Shown here: positions 37,936 through 46,389 of the stretch, in pieces | How positions within the stretch are numbered: position 1 is the first letter of the stretch | Layout of the letters: each line of letters begins with the position of its first letter | Source: an uncultured Gammaproteobacteria bacterium | Lineage (GTDB): Bacteria; Patescibacteriota; Microgenomatia; UBA12405 | Assembly: GCA_964503465.1 (NCBI GenBank) | Contig: CAZCYZ010000001.1 | Span: 195,731 to 259,730, forward strand | DNA: 64,000 nucleotides | Direction of reading: 5' to 3' | The notes under the pieces: model-generated | Databases searched by the model: none | Told to the model about the DNA's origin: nothing | The model's input: the letters and a program-made list of their open reading frames with translations, nothing else | Made by a program: the position numbers and the translations under genes

Positions 37936-39009
37936 ATGTCCAAACTTTCGATTGGGATTGTCGGTTTGCCAAACGTCGGCAAATCGACTCTATTTAATGC
38001 TCTCCTTGGCCGAGCAGTCGCCAATGCCAGTAACTACCCTTTTTGCACTATTGATCCCAACGTTGGTGTGGTCGAGGTTCCTGACGACAAATTGCCGATT
38101 CTGGCCGACATTGTTAAAACCACCAAAATAATTCCCGCCATTGTCGAGTTTGTTGACATCGCCGGTTTGGTCAAAGGAGCTTCCCAAGGTGAAGGCTTGG
38201 GTAATAAATTCTTAACCAACATCCGCGACTGTGACGCTATCTGTCATGTTGTTAGAAGTTTTTCCGACCCAAATGTTGTTCGTGAAGGCAGCACCGACCC
38301 TCAAGGTGATTTCGAGGTCATTTCTGCTGAGCTAATTATCAAGGATTTAGAAACCATCGATCGCTACCTTGATACCAACAAAAATAATGCTCTCGAAAAA
38401 AACAGTAAAAAGTTTTTATTAGCCACCAAGTTAAAAACCGAACTAGAGAAGGGGATTCTCGCTGTCAATCTGGGTCTGTCTCAAGAAGAAAAACTTCTTC
38501 TGAAAGAGTTTTTCCTTCTTACCGCTAAACCTTATTTTATTGTTTTCAATGTTGATGAAAACTCATACAAGAATGTTGAAAATTTTAAATTAGAAATTAA
38601 AAATTGCCAAGCTGTTATTCCAGTATGTGCCAAAATAGAATTTGAATTATCCGAAATACCACCCGAGGATCGGCAAAGTTATTTGAAGGAATTAGGAATG
38701 GACAAATCAGGTCTCGAACGCGTTATTCAACAAGCTTACAACACTCTCGGTCTTCAATCGTTTTATACCGCTGGGGTCAAAGAAGTTCGGGCTTGGACCA
38801 TTGCCAAAGGGAGCACTGCACCCCAAGCCGCCGGAGTTATTCACACTGATTTTGAGCGTGGATTTATTATGGCCGAAGTTGTTTCTTATCCCGATTTTGT
38901 CGCCAATCAAGGTTTCGAAGGGGCCAAAGTCAAGGGGTTTTTGCGTCACGAAGGCAAAGATTATATAATGTCCCCCGACGACATCGTCGAGTTTAGGTTT
39001 AATGTTTAA
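37936..39009 (+). CDS. ychF: Ribosome-binding ATPase YchF (Obg-family GTPase)
   Basis: [17 protein letters not shown]1 motif; TGS C-terminal domain. Confidence 0.9.
   Translation: MSKLSIGIVGLPNVGKSTLFNALLGRAVANASNYPFCTIDPNVGVVEVPDDKLPILADIVKTTKIIPAIVEFVDIAGLVKGASQGEGLGNKFLTNIRDCDAICHVVRSFSDPNVVREGSTDPQGDFEVISAELIIKDLETIDRYLDTNKNNALEKNSKKFLLATKLKTELEKGILAVNLGLSQEEKLLLKEFFLLTAKPYFIVFNVDENSYKNVENFKLEIKNCQAVIPVCAKIEFELSEIPPEDRQSYLKELGMDKSGLERVIQQAYNTLGLQSFYTAGVKEVRAWTIAKGSTAPQAAGVIHTDFERGFIMAEVVSYPDFVANQGFEGAKVKGFLRHEGKDYIMSPDDIVEFRFNV
38580..38606. repeat. AT-rich repeat motif (AAAATTTTAAATTAGAAATTAAAAATT), copy inside ychF
   Basis: Identical 15-mer TAAATTAGAAATTAA also at 1161-1175 and 11766-11780; 16-mer TTAGAAATTAAAAATT also at 24423-24438. 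Confidence 0.6.
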
Positions 39010-39161
39010 TTTCAAAATGCCTTCAGGTGTTAAAGAAATAGTTCAGAAAGTTAAACTAACCCTCGTAACTGATAATCGACTCCCGATACAAGCTCCCGCA
39101 CCAGACGCTAGTGGTCTCATCAATCAAAAAATAACTTTCGATGAAAACGGAAGATTGAAGG

Positions 39162-40118
39162 ATGTTACCTATGAAACCATCCCTCAAGAAACTTCCTAAG
39201 CTTCTTATTATTTCCGGTCCGACGGCTACAGGGAAAACCGCTTTGGCGGTCAAATTGGCTCAAAAATTTAATGGCCAACTTATTTCTGCTGACTCTCGTC
39301 AAATTTATCGTGGTATGGACGTTGGTACCGGCAAAGACCATCCCACCAACACCCCTATTCACCTTGTTGATATTATCAACCCCAACCAATTATTTTCCGC
39401 CGCTCAATACCACCAACTTGCCCTCAACATAATCCACCAAGTTTGGCAAGCCAACAAGCTCCCAATTATTGTCGGCGGTACTGGTCAATATATCGATGCC
39501 ATTATTAATCCCCAGCCTACCTTTGTTGTCCCACCCAACCACATCTTAAGGTTTTTTCTAAACAGATTCCCCCTATCATTCCTTCAACTTATTTTAAAAA
39601 CTTTGGACTTTAAAACCTTTAACTCGCTCAATCATTCCGATTCCTCCAACCCCCACCGCTTGATCAGAAAAATTGAAATTAATATATCAAATAAAATTAG
39701 CCGCTCCCCCTCCATTCTTCAAGGGAGGGGGATGGGGGGTGGGTTTGACGTTCTCCACATATCGTTAACCGCCCCCAACCAATTTTTGTACCAGCGTATC
39801 GACCAACGTGTCGACCAAAGACTCAAACAAGGCCTATTTGACGAAATCAAAATTTTAATCAGAAAATATCACTGGTCCGACCCAGGCCTCAACTGCCTTG
39901 CTTACAAAGAATTCAAAACTGGTTTTACTCAAAAAAATGTTGACACTTGGCGGTTTCACGAACACTCCCTGGCTCGCCGTCAAAAAACATGGTTCAAAGC
40001 TCAACCTAACATCAATTTCATTGACATTACCAAACCAAATTTCGAACCACAAATAATTGCCTTAATTTCTAACTTTATTTCCCCCCTTCTTCAAGGGGGG
40101 AAGACAGGGGGGTTTTGA
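39162..40118 (+). CDS. miaA: tRNA dimethylallyltransferase
   Basis: LLIISGPTATGKTALAVKLA P-loop, ADSRQIYRGMDVGTGK; contains G-rich hairpin elements in-frame at 39714-39756 and at its 3' end (40081-40116). Confidence 0.85.
   Translation: MLPMKPSLKKLPKLLIISGPTATGKTALAVKLAQKFNGQLISADSRQIYRGMDVGTGKDHPTNTPIHLVDIINPNQLFSAAQYHQLALNIIHQVWQANKLPIIVGGTGQYIDAIINPQPTFVVPPNHILRFFLNRFPLSFLQLILKTLDFKTFNSLNHSDSSNPHRLIRKIEINISNKISRSPSILQGRGMGGGFDVLHISLTAPNQFLYQRIDQRVDQRLKQGLFDEIKILIRKYHWSDPGLNCLAYKEFKTGFTQKNVDTWRFHEHSLARRQKTWFKAQPNINFIDITKPNFEPQIIALISNFISPLLQGGKTGGF
39714..39756. repeat. G-rich hairpin element, copy 3 (inside the miaA ORF)
   Basis: ccgctccccctccattcttcaagggagggggatggggggtgggtttg; translated in-frame as SPSILQGRGMGGGFD. 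Confidence 0.6.
40081..40116. repeat. G-rich hairpin element, copy 4 (3' end of miaA)
   Basis: ccccccttcttcaaggggggaagacaggggggttttg supplies the last codons and stop of miaA. Confidence 0.6.
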
Positions 40119-41122
40119 TGGTACAATCAATCATGAAACCTCAACGGGTCGAAATTTCCTACAAAACCATTGTCTTTACTGTAGTTTTTCTCATTGCTCT
40201 TTATGTTCTCTGGCAGGTCAGAAGTCTAATTTATCTTATCCTTTTTTGCTTTGTTTTCATGGAAGCTCTCAACCCTACTGTTAGCCGACTAGAATCCCTC
40301 AAAATTCCCCGCCCTTTTGCTATTCTTTTCCTTTATGCAGTCATTTTGGGCTTTTTCTCCTTCACCATTGCTGGAGTTTTCCCCATATTGGTTGAGCAAA
40401 CTACCAGTCTCATCAAAACCCTTCCCGGCACCTTAGAAAATCTCAACTTTTTTGGCGTCTCCGCCGTTGACCTATCATCTCAACTCAAAATTGTTGAGGG
40501 TCTGCCCGAAAATATTGCCAAAACCGTCATCTCTCTCTTCTCCAATATTTTTTCTGCTTTTGTCATTCTTGTCATTACCTTTTACCTTCTGATGGAAAGG
40601 AGGAATATTGCCAACTATGGCTTTCATCTTTTTGGTACTTCCGGCAAACAAAAAACTATTGAGATTCTTGAACAGCTTGAAAACCGTCTTGGTAGTTGGG
40701 TCAACGCCGAAGTTTTTCTAATGATAACTATTGGTCTTCTTTCGTATCTTGGTTATCTTCTTCTTGGTCTTAACTATACTGTTCCCTTGGCTATTTTGGC
40801 AGGGATGCTTGAAATTGTCCCCAATATCGGGCCAACTGTTGCTACTGTTGCTGCCGCCTTAGTTGGATTAACTATCTCCCCCTTGGTGGCCGTTCTGGCT
40901 GTAGTTTGGGGGATCATTGTTCAACAAGTCGAGAACAACTTCATCGTTCCGCGGGTAATGAGGTCAACTGTCGGTCTTAACCCTCTAGTCACTATTCTTC
41001 TTTTGGCCACTGGTGCCAAGCTAGGTGGAGTAGTTGGAGCCGTCTTGGCTATCCCTGTCTATCTTACAGTTGAAACTATTTTCAAAGTTGTCACCCAACC
41101 CCCCGCCAGGAGCAAAAAATAA
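40115..41122 (+). CDS. AI-2E family transporter (UPF0118/PerM-like)
   Basis: 8-TM protein with LEIVPNIGPTVATVAAALVGL motif. Confidence 0.8.
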   Translation: MMVQSIMKPQRVEISYKTIVFTVVFLIALYVLWQVRSLIYLILFCFVFMEALNPTVSRLESLKIPRPFAILFLYAVILGFFSFTIAGVFPILVEQTTSLIKTLPGTLENLNFFGVSAVDLSSQLKIVEGLPENIAKTVISLFSNIFSAFVILVITFYLLMERRNIANYGFHLFGTSGKQKTIEILEQLENRLGSWVNAEVFLMITIGLLSYLGYLLLGLNYTVPLAILAGMLEIVPNIGPTVATVAAALVGLTISPLVAVLAVVWGIIVQQVENNFIVPRVMRSTVGLNPLVTILLLATGAKLGGVVGAVLAIPVYLTVETIFKVVTQPPARSKK

Positions 41123-41123
41123 C

Positions 41124-41395
41124 TTCAGAGAAGTCGATAAGCCGAATTCTGTTTTTGGGTCATCAATCTATTCTCCCCACCTGAAGCTCTCAAAGGCTAG
41201 ATTTTAACGCTTCAATTTGAGATTTCCACCAAGGGGTTGCTCGTTTCATCTCTCCCGACGTAACGTCGGGATACTCGTCTCTGTAGCAGAGCCCACAGGT
41301 CACCCCGTTTCCGCCGCGGCGGCCCTTGTGCCTTTAGTGGTTCGGACTTTCCTCCCGTCAACTGACGGGTCAACCCTTCCACTTCTCCGAAGTTA
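41124..41395 (-). ncRNA. rnpB: RNase P RNA (reduced bacterial form)
   Basis: Minus strand contains the P4 strands GGAAAGTCCGAAC (revcomp of 41340-41352) and ACAGAATTCGGCTTAT (revcomp of 41137-41152); GC-rich, structured; about 270 nt; boundaries approximate. Confidence 0.7.
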
Positions 41396-41404
41396 TCCTA
41401 TTTT

Positions 41405-41438
41405 ACCAAATTAAACCCCCCCGAGTTCATCGAGGGGG
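41405..41438 (-). terminator. Intrinsic terminator (CCCCCCGAG-TTCA-TCGAGGGGG) for the zinc-ribbon gene
   Basis: Hairpin followed on the minus strand by TTTAATTT; same hairpin type as the one at 49921-49941. Confidence 0.55.
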
Positions 41439-41459
41439 ATAGTTTCAATTCAAAAAATC

Positions 41460-41615
41460 TTATTTAGTTGACAAGATTTTGAACATGCCAGTGCCACAGT
41501 CAGGACAAACTGCCTTGGCTGCAGGTCGACCATTTTTTAGGCTGGTCTTCTGGACTTTACCATCGTCAACTGACTTTGACGATCGGCATTTGACGCAATA
41601 GAAACTTATTGCCAT
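41460..41615 (-). CDS. Small zinc-ribbon protein (51 aa, CxxC...CxxC), not in the ORF track
   Basis: Minus-strand ATG preceded by the strong SD AGGAGGT (revcomp of 41619-41625); MAISFYCVKCRSS...AVCPDCGTGMFKILSTK; followed by a minus-strand terminator hairpin at 41405-41438. Confidence 0.55.
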   Translation of the reverse strand: MAISFYCVKCRSSKSVDDGKVQKTSLKNGRPAAKAVCPDCGTGMFKILSTK

Positions 41616-41792
41616 TCTACCTCCTGATAAAATTATTAACGTAATACATCCCCATTATTGCTCCCATAGAGACAATACTCAACAGGAAGCTTCTTAATAG
41701 ATCTTTTTTAACCCAACTAATCTGATCATCCATGTCATTATTCATGCCTTCAAAGCCAATATAGCACATTACTTTGTTACAATCTAGATATC

Positions 41793-42170
41793 ATGACCTC
41801 GATTATTTTTTCCTTCTGCCTCATTAATTTTTTTGGCATAGTTTATTTGATTTTTCTTTTTTATCAAAAAAATCGCTTCTCTACCACCAAATCTGCCACC
41901 ACTTCCTTGCCTGCTTCCCTGTCTTCCTCCGCCAAGGTTGGACTTACCCGCTATAACCCTTTTAATGACCTTGGGGGTGATCAAAGTTTTATTCTTTGTC
42001 TGTTGGACAATCAAAATTCTGGTGTTATCATTACTTCATTGCATAGCCGCAGTCATACCAGGATCTATGCCAAACAAATTAAAACCGGCCAGACCTCTGG
42101 GGTTACTTTGTCTCCGGAAGAGAAACAAACTCTAACCGAAACCATCAAAAAATATGAATCAAAACACTAA
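41793..42170 (+). CDS. Small membrane protein, hypothetical
   Basis: N-terminal TM helix; overlaps the start of the DUF3048 gene by 17 nt. Confidence 0.4.
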   Translation: MTSIIFSFCLINFFGIVYLIFLFYQKNRFSTTKSATTSLPASLSSSAKVGLTRYNPFNDLGGDQSFILCLLDNQNSGVIITSLHSRSHTRIYAKQIKTGQTSGVTLSPEEKQTLTETIKKYESKH

Positions 42171-43404
42171 AATTGTCATTACCGCCATTGGCCTGTTTTT
42201 AATTATTGCCGGTCTGTCATACATTGGTTTCAATCATTTTTTACCATCAAAGGGTCTGTCTATTATTCCACAAAAAACTAACTCACCCTCGACCACTCCA
42301 GCGGTCACCAAAACCGGCTTTATTACTTTTGAGGGGCCAAAAACCGAAACTTGCCCTCTTAATGGCGCCCTGTATACCACTGAAGAAAAAAACCTTTGGT
42401 CTACCAAAAGACCACTAACGGTTATGATCGAGAACCATGCTGACTCACGGCCGCAGTCTGGACTTGATAATGCCGATGTTGTTTACGAGGCCGTCGCCGA
42501 AGGCGGTATAACCCGTTTTATGGCCGTTTATTATTGCGCGGTCCAAAAGGGCGCTCCCAATCGTTATGATGTTGGTCCAGTTCGCTCTGCCAGAACCTAC
42601 TTTCTTGACTTGGCTTCTGAGTATTCCGACTATCCTTTATACACTCATGTTGGGGGGGCCAATTGTAGTGCCGCTACTCCAGGTGGACCGTGTACCACCA
42701 ATCGCAAAGCTCAAGCCATCGAACAAATATCCTCCTACGGCTGGAACAACAAAGGGACCTGGGGTGATTTGTCCCAGTTCTCCTTGCCCTATAAGGTCTG
42801 TCGCCGCGAACCCGAACGCACCGGCGACGTCCGTGATACCGAACACACCATGTACTGTTCTACTAAGGAGCTTTGGCAAGTTGCCTCCGATCGTGGTTTA
42901 ACCAATTTGACCCAAATTAACAAAAATTCCTGGGACAAAAATTTCAAACCCTGGGGTTTCAAGCAAAAAGATCAAGCCATCGCTGTTCCTAAAGCCAAAA
43001 CTATCTCCTTTGATTTTTGGCCAGGTTACAAGGACTATTCCGTCAGTTGGCTGTATCAACCCGCTACCAACACTTACGCTCGTTCCAATGGGGACAAACC
43101 CCATCTTGACTTTAATACTGGTGAGCAGTTAACCGCCAAAAACATTATCATTGAATTTGTTAAACAAACCCGAGGTGTTGACGAACATGGTCACAACCTT
43201 TACGAAGTCATCGGTAGTGGCAAGGGTTATCTGTTTCAAAATGGTGATAAAATAGATATTACTTGGACCAAACCCAGTCGTGCCTCCAAAACTGTTTTCA
43301 AAGATTCCAGCGGTAAGGAAATAAATTTTGTCCCAGGTACTATTTGGGTTGAGATCGTTCCAAAAGAGAACCCAGTTAATTATGAAGATCCAAAACAACC
43401 TTAA
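42154..43404 (+). CDS. DUF3048 domain-containing secreted/lipoprotein (YerB-like)
   Basis: N-terminal TM/signal anchor; VMIENHADSRPQSGL...YEAVAEGGITRFMAVY matches the DUF3048 N-domain. Confidence 0.7.
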   Translation: MNQNTKIVITAIGLFLIIAGLSYIGFNHFLPSKGLSIIPQKTNSPSTTPAVTKTGFITFEGPKTETCPLNGALYTTEEKNLWSTKRPLTVMIENHADSRPQSGLDNADVVYEAVAEGGITRFMAVYYCAVQKGAPNRYDVGPVRSARTYFLDLASEYSDYPLYTHVGGANCSAATPGGPCTTNRKAQAIEQISSYGWNNKGTWGDLSQFSLPYKVCRREPERTGDVRDTEHTMYCSTKELWQVASDRGLTNLTQINKNSWDKNFKPWGFKQKDQAIAVPKAKTISFDFWPGYKDYSVSWLYQPATNTYARSNGDKPHLDFNTGEQLTAKNIIIEFVKQTRGVDEHGHNLYEVIGSGKGYLFQNGDKIDITWTKPSRASKTVFKDSSGKEINFVPGTIWVEIVPKENPVNYEDPKQP

Positions 43405-43975
43405 ACGACTCTTTGTTTCCCGCACCCGTCTCAAACTGATCCAAATTTTCTTCTACCACCCCCAAAACTTTAGTTATGTCCGTCAACTGGTTCGTCTCAC
43501 CGGAGAGGAAATCAATTCCATTCGTCGAGAACTTTTTAATCTTAAATCTGCCGGAGTTATTCTGTCAGAAAGTCGGGCCAACAAACTCTATTATTGGGCC
43601 AATCCCGACTCCCCCTTTTTTTTGGAATTACTTACCCTCGCCAACCAAACTGTTGGTTTGGGCTTGGCTCTCTACGATCGTCGTGATCAGCTGCTCGGTC
43701 TAAAAAGCTTACTTTACTCCCAACGTTTTGCCGCCGGTGGTCCAGCCGTTTCTAATAGTGTTGATTTGATTTTAATTGGCGACATTGCCCCTCGGGAAAT
43801 CGAACCTCTCATCAAGGACGAAGAACAGCGTCGGGGACGGGAAATCAACTACATGCTTATGCCTCGTTCAGAATACAAACTTCGCCGCCAAAAAAGAGAT
43901 CCATTTATTGTCGATTTCTTTCTTGACCACCCTCTTCTTATTATTGGTACTCCCAAAGATATTACTTTTTCTTGA
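43385..43975 (+). CDS. Winged-helix (ArsR-like) transcriptional regulator with C-terminal domain of unknown function
   Basis: RLKLIQIFFYHPQNFSYVRQLVRLTGEEINSIRRELFNLKSAGVI wHTH; start at the ATG at 43385. Confidence 0.5.
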   Translation, partial: KIQNNLKRLFVSRTRLKLIQIFFYHPQNFSYVRQLVRLTGEEINSIRRELFNLKSAGVILSESRANKLYYWANPDSPFFLELLTLANQTVGLGLALYDRRDQLLGLKSLLYSQRFAAGGPAVSNSVDLILIGDIAPREIEPLIKDEEQRRGREINYMLMPRSEYKLRRQKRDPFIVDFFLDHPLLIIGTPKDITFS

Positions 43976-44175
43976 TGCCAAATCTTCGAAAAATCATTAA
44001 AACCGGGAATAGCCTTTGTCTTACTATTCCATCTATCACCATCAAGGATTTTGATATCCACGAAGGTGATTTAGCCATTTGTTCCATCAATCGTTCCCAT
44101 TCATCTATCACCTACGTTTTTACTGGTCACCCACGCCAATTGTCCTTGATTGACAAAAAGGCTTCTAAAAGTTAA
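43975..44175 (+). CDS. AbrB/MazE/SpoVT-family DNA-binding protein (antitoxin-like), translationally coupled to the upstream regulator
   Basis: IIKTGNSLCLTIPSITIKDFDIHEGDLAI swapped-hairpin motif; ATGA overlap with the upstream stop. Confidence 0.55.
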   Translation: MPNLRKIIKTGNSLCLTIPSITIKDFDIHEGDLAICSINRSHSSITYVFTGHPRQLSLIDKKASKS

Positions 44176-44186
44176 AGTCAGCTGAT

Positions 44187-45521
44187 ATGCCGTCCCTTCG
44201 ATCCACCAAGCAAATTTTTTGGATAATTGTTGGAATTACGTTTATATCCCTGATTATCAACATGCCCGCCAAACTTACTGTTTTTGGTAAAACCTTCTAT
44301 CGCCCCGATTTTAATTTTAAAATTGCCAACTTTACCTTCAAAAAGAATCTTGATCTTCGTTATGGACTTGATCTATCTGGTGGTGCTTCTTTAATTTTCG
44401 AAATTGACACCAAGGATCTCAAAAAGGACGATCTTAATAGCGCCATCGAGTCACTCAAGGCCAATATTGAACGTCGGGTCAACCTTTTTGGTTTAAGTGA
44501 ATCAACTGTTCAGATTTCTTCCAAAGATAATAACTATCGCCTCAATGTTGATCTTCCTGGTCTTACTAATGTTGACGAAGCTATCAGTCTTATTGGCCAA
44601 ACCGCTCAACTGGAATTTAGAGGAGTTGTTGACCTGCCTCCCGAAGCCACCGCTACTGCCAAAATCGAAGATGTTCTCAAAGATATCGGACTCAATGGTT
44701 CCCATCTTGTCCGCTCCACAGTTCAAATCAATCCCAACAACTCCAAACCCGAAGTTGGCTTGGAGTTTAATTCATCCGGAACCATTGCTTTTGAAAAGGC
44801 TACCAAAGAATTCTTGGACAAAAAAATCGCCATTCTTTTGGATAATCAAATTATCACCGCCCCGGTAGTTCAAACCGTTATTTCCGATGGTAAAGCCGTC
44901 ATTAATGGTAATTTTGATATTAAATCTGCCAAGGCCTTATCAGCCCAGCTCAATGCCGGGGCTCTCCCTTTGTCTATCAAGCTTATTCAACAAACTCAAG
45001 TCGGAGCCACTCTTGGTCAAGATTCGATCAATAAAGGTATCAAGGCCGCCCTCGTGGGCTTAGCCCTCGTTTGTTTCTTTATGATAGGTAACTACGGTTT
45101 TCCTGGTTTGATAGCTGATATCGGTCTAATTATTTATGGCCTAATCACCCTTAGTCTCTACCGACTCATCCCCGTTACCCTTACGTTTCCAGGTATAGTT
45201 GGTTTCATTCTTTCTGTTGGTATGGCCGTTGATAGTAACATTCTTGTTTTCGAGAGAATGCGGGAAGAAGTTCGTCGAGGTAAACCGTGGAATGTGGCTA
45301 TGGAACTAGGCTTTGGTCGGGCCTGGGACTCCATCAAGGATGCCAATGCCTGTACCATTATCACCGGCCTCATTCTTCTTAACCCATTCAATTGGAGCTT
45401 TCTTAATACTTCGGGCATGGTCCGCGGTTTTGCTGTTACCCTACTCTTGGGAATCATTATTAGTATTTTTACTGGCGTTTTTGTTACTCGTAATTTATTA
45501 CGTGTTTTAGCCAAAAAATAA
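44187..45521 (+). CDS. secD: Protein translocase subunit SecD
   Basis: LGLDLSGGASLIFE and the C-terminal 6-TM SecDF domain. Confidence 0.9.
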   Translation: MPSLRSTKQIFWIIVGITFISLIINMPAKLTVFGKTFYRPDFNFKIANFTFKKNLDLRYGLDLSGGASLIFEIDTKDLKKDDLNSAIESLKANIERRVNLFGLSESTVQISSKDNNYRLNVDLPGLTNVDEAISLIGQTAQLEFRGVVDLPPEATATAKIEDVLKDIGLNGSHLVRSTVQINPNNSKPEVGLEFNSSGTIAFEKATKEFLDKKIAILLDNQIITAPVVQTVISDGKAVINGNFDIKSAKALSAQLNAGALPLSIKLIQQTQVGATLGQDSINKGIKAALVGLALVCFFMIGNYGFPGLIADIGLIIYGLITLSLYRLIPVTLTFPGIVGFILSVGMAVDSNILVFERMREEVRRGKPWNVAMELGFGRAWDSIKDANACTIITGLILLNPFNWSFLNTSGMVRGFAVTLLLGIIISIFTGVFVTRNLLRVLAKK

Positions 45522-45531
45522 TTCAATCGCT

Positions 45532-46389
45532 ATGAACATCATGAAGTTAAGACCATTGTTTTTTGTTTTATCGGGATTTTTACTGGGTCTTTCTTGTTTT
45601 TCTATTCTTAAATGGGGTTTTCGTCCTTCAATCGACTTTGTTGGTGGCACTATTTACGAAATCAAGATCCCTTCTGTAGACCAATCAAAAGTCGAAAATA
45701 TTTTCAAAACTCAAAACATAACCCTTGGTTTTATTTCCCACACCAACGACACTTTTATTCTCAAGTTTCAAAACATCAGTCAGGAACAAAAACTTGCTCT
45801 TCAGTCAGAGTTCAAAAAACTCAACCCCGATCTCGTTGAACTTCGTTTCGAAACTCTCGGGCCTACCTTGGGTCAGGAACTCCTCCGTAAGACAATTATT
45901 GCCATTATTTTGTCCTCCCTCGCCCTTCTGATTTTTATTGGTAGTCGTTTTCATGATTTTAGTTTCGGCTTTTCTGCAGTTTTGGCTATGTTTCATGATT
46001 CGCTAATTCTTTTGGGCGGTTTTTCCCTTTTAGGTCATTTTTTCGGAGCCGAGCTTGATGCACTTTTTGTCACCGCCCTCCTTACTACTCTTTCTGCTTC
46101 CGTTCACGATACTGTCGTTACCTTCGACCGCATTCGTGAGCTCAAACAGCAGCATTTCCAGGTCGACTGGGTTAATCTTGCCAACCGTGCTGTCACCGAA
46201 GTTATTGTTCGCTCCATTAACAATTCCATGACCATCATCTTTATGTTGTCGTCTTTGGTGGTCCTCGGCGGTTCTACCACCCGTTGGTTTGCCCTTGCTC
46301 TGTTAATTGGAGTCGTTTCTGGTACTTATTCCTCCACTGCCGTGGCCATTCCCTTAGTCCTTTTTTGGAAAAAAAGGTCAAAAAATTAA
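45532..46389 (+). CDS. secF: Protein translocase subunit SecF
   Basis: SIDFVGGTIYEIK, 6 TM. Confidence 0.9.
   Translation: MNIMKLRPLFFVLSGFLLGLSCFSILKWGFRPSIDFVGGTIYEIKIPSVDQSKVENIFKTQNITLGFISHTNDTFILKFQNISQEQKLALQSEFKKLNPDLVELRFETLGPTLGQELLRKTIIAIILSSLALLIFIGSRFHDFSFGFSAVLAMFHDSLILLGGFSLLGHFFGAELDALFVTALLTTLSASVHDTVVTFDRIRELKQQHFQVDWVNLANRAVTEVIVRSINNSMTIIFMLSSLVVLGGSTTRWFALALLIGVVSGTYSSTAVAIPLVLFWKKRSKN

Noticed and set aside
39002-39199. 65-aa ORF overlapping the ychF 3' end and the miaA 5' end
   Set aside because: Overlaps two well-supported genes in the same orientation, has no RBS and no recognisable features; probably spurious. The 150-nt ychF-miaA spacer may hold the miaA promoter.
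41217-41414. 65-aa plus-strand ORF (MRFPPRGCSFHLSRR...)
   Set aside because: Lies entirely within the GC-rich RNase P RNA gene on the opposite strand; shadow ORF.
41519-41530. CTGCAGGTCGAC (PstI-SalI, identical to part of the pUC polylinker), which could suggest vector contamination
   Set aside because: Only a 12-nt match with no flanking vector sequence. It is a near-palindrome inside the zinc-ribbon ORF (encodes part of ...RPAAKA...). I treat it as coincidence.
41505-41535. Possible SRP (4.5S) RNA: 13-nt match GCAGCCAAGGCAG on the minus strand with a nearby GUCCUGAC, resembling the conserved domain IV of SRP RNA
   Set aside because: The rest of the helix-8 consensus (GGAA tetraloop context) does not align. 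The segment lies inside a well-formed protein-coding mini-gene (41460-41615, strong SD, zinc-ribbon protein), which explains the sequence better.
46284-46388. Longer N-terminus for the GT-C glycosyltransferase starting at 46284
   Set aside because: It would overlap the SecF C-terminus by 105 nt. The ATG at 46389 overlapping the secF stop (TAATG) gives a sensible hydrophobic N-terminus.
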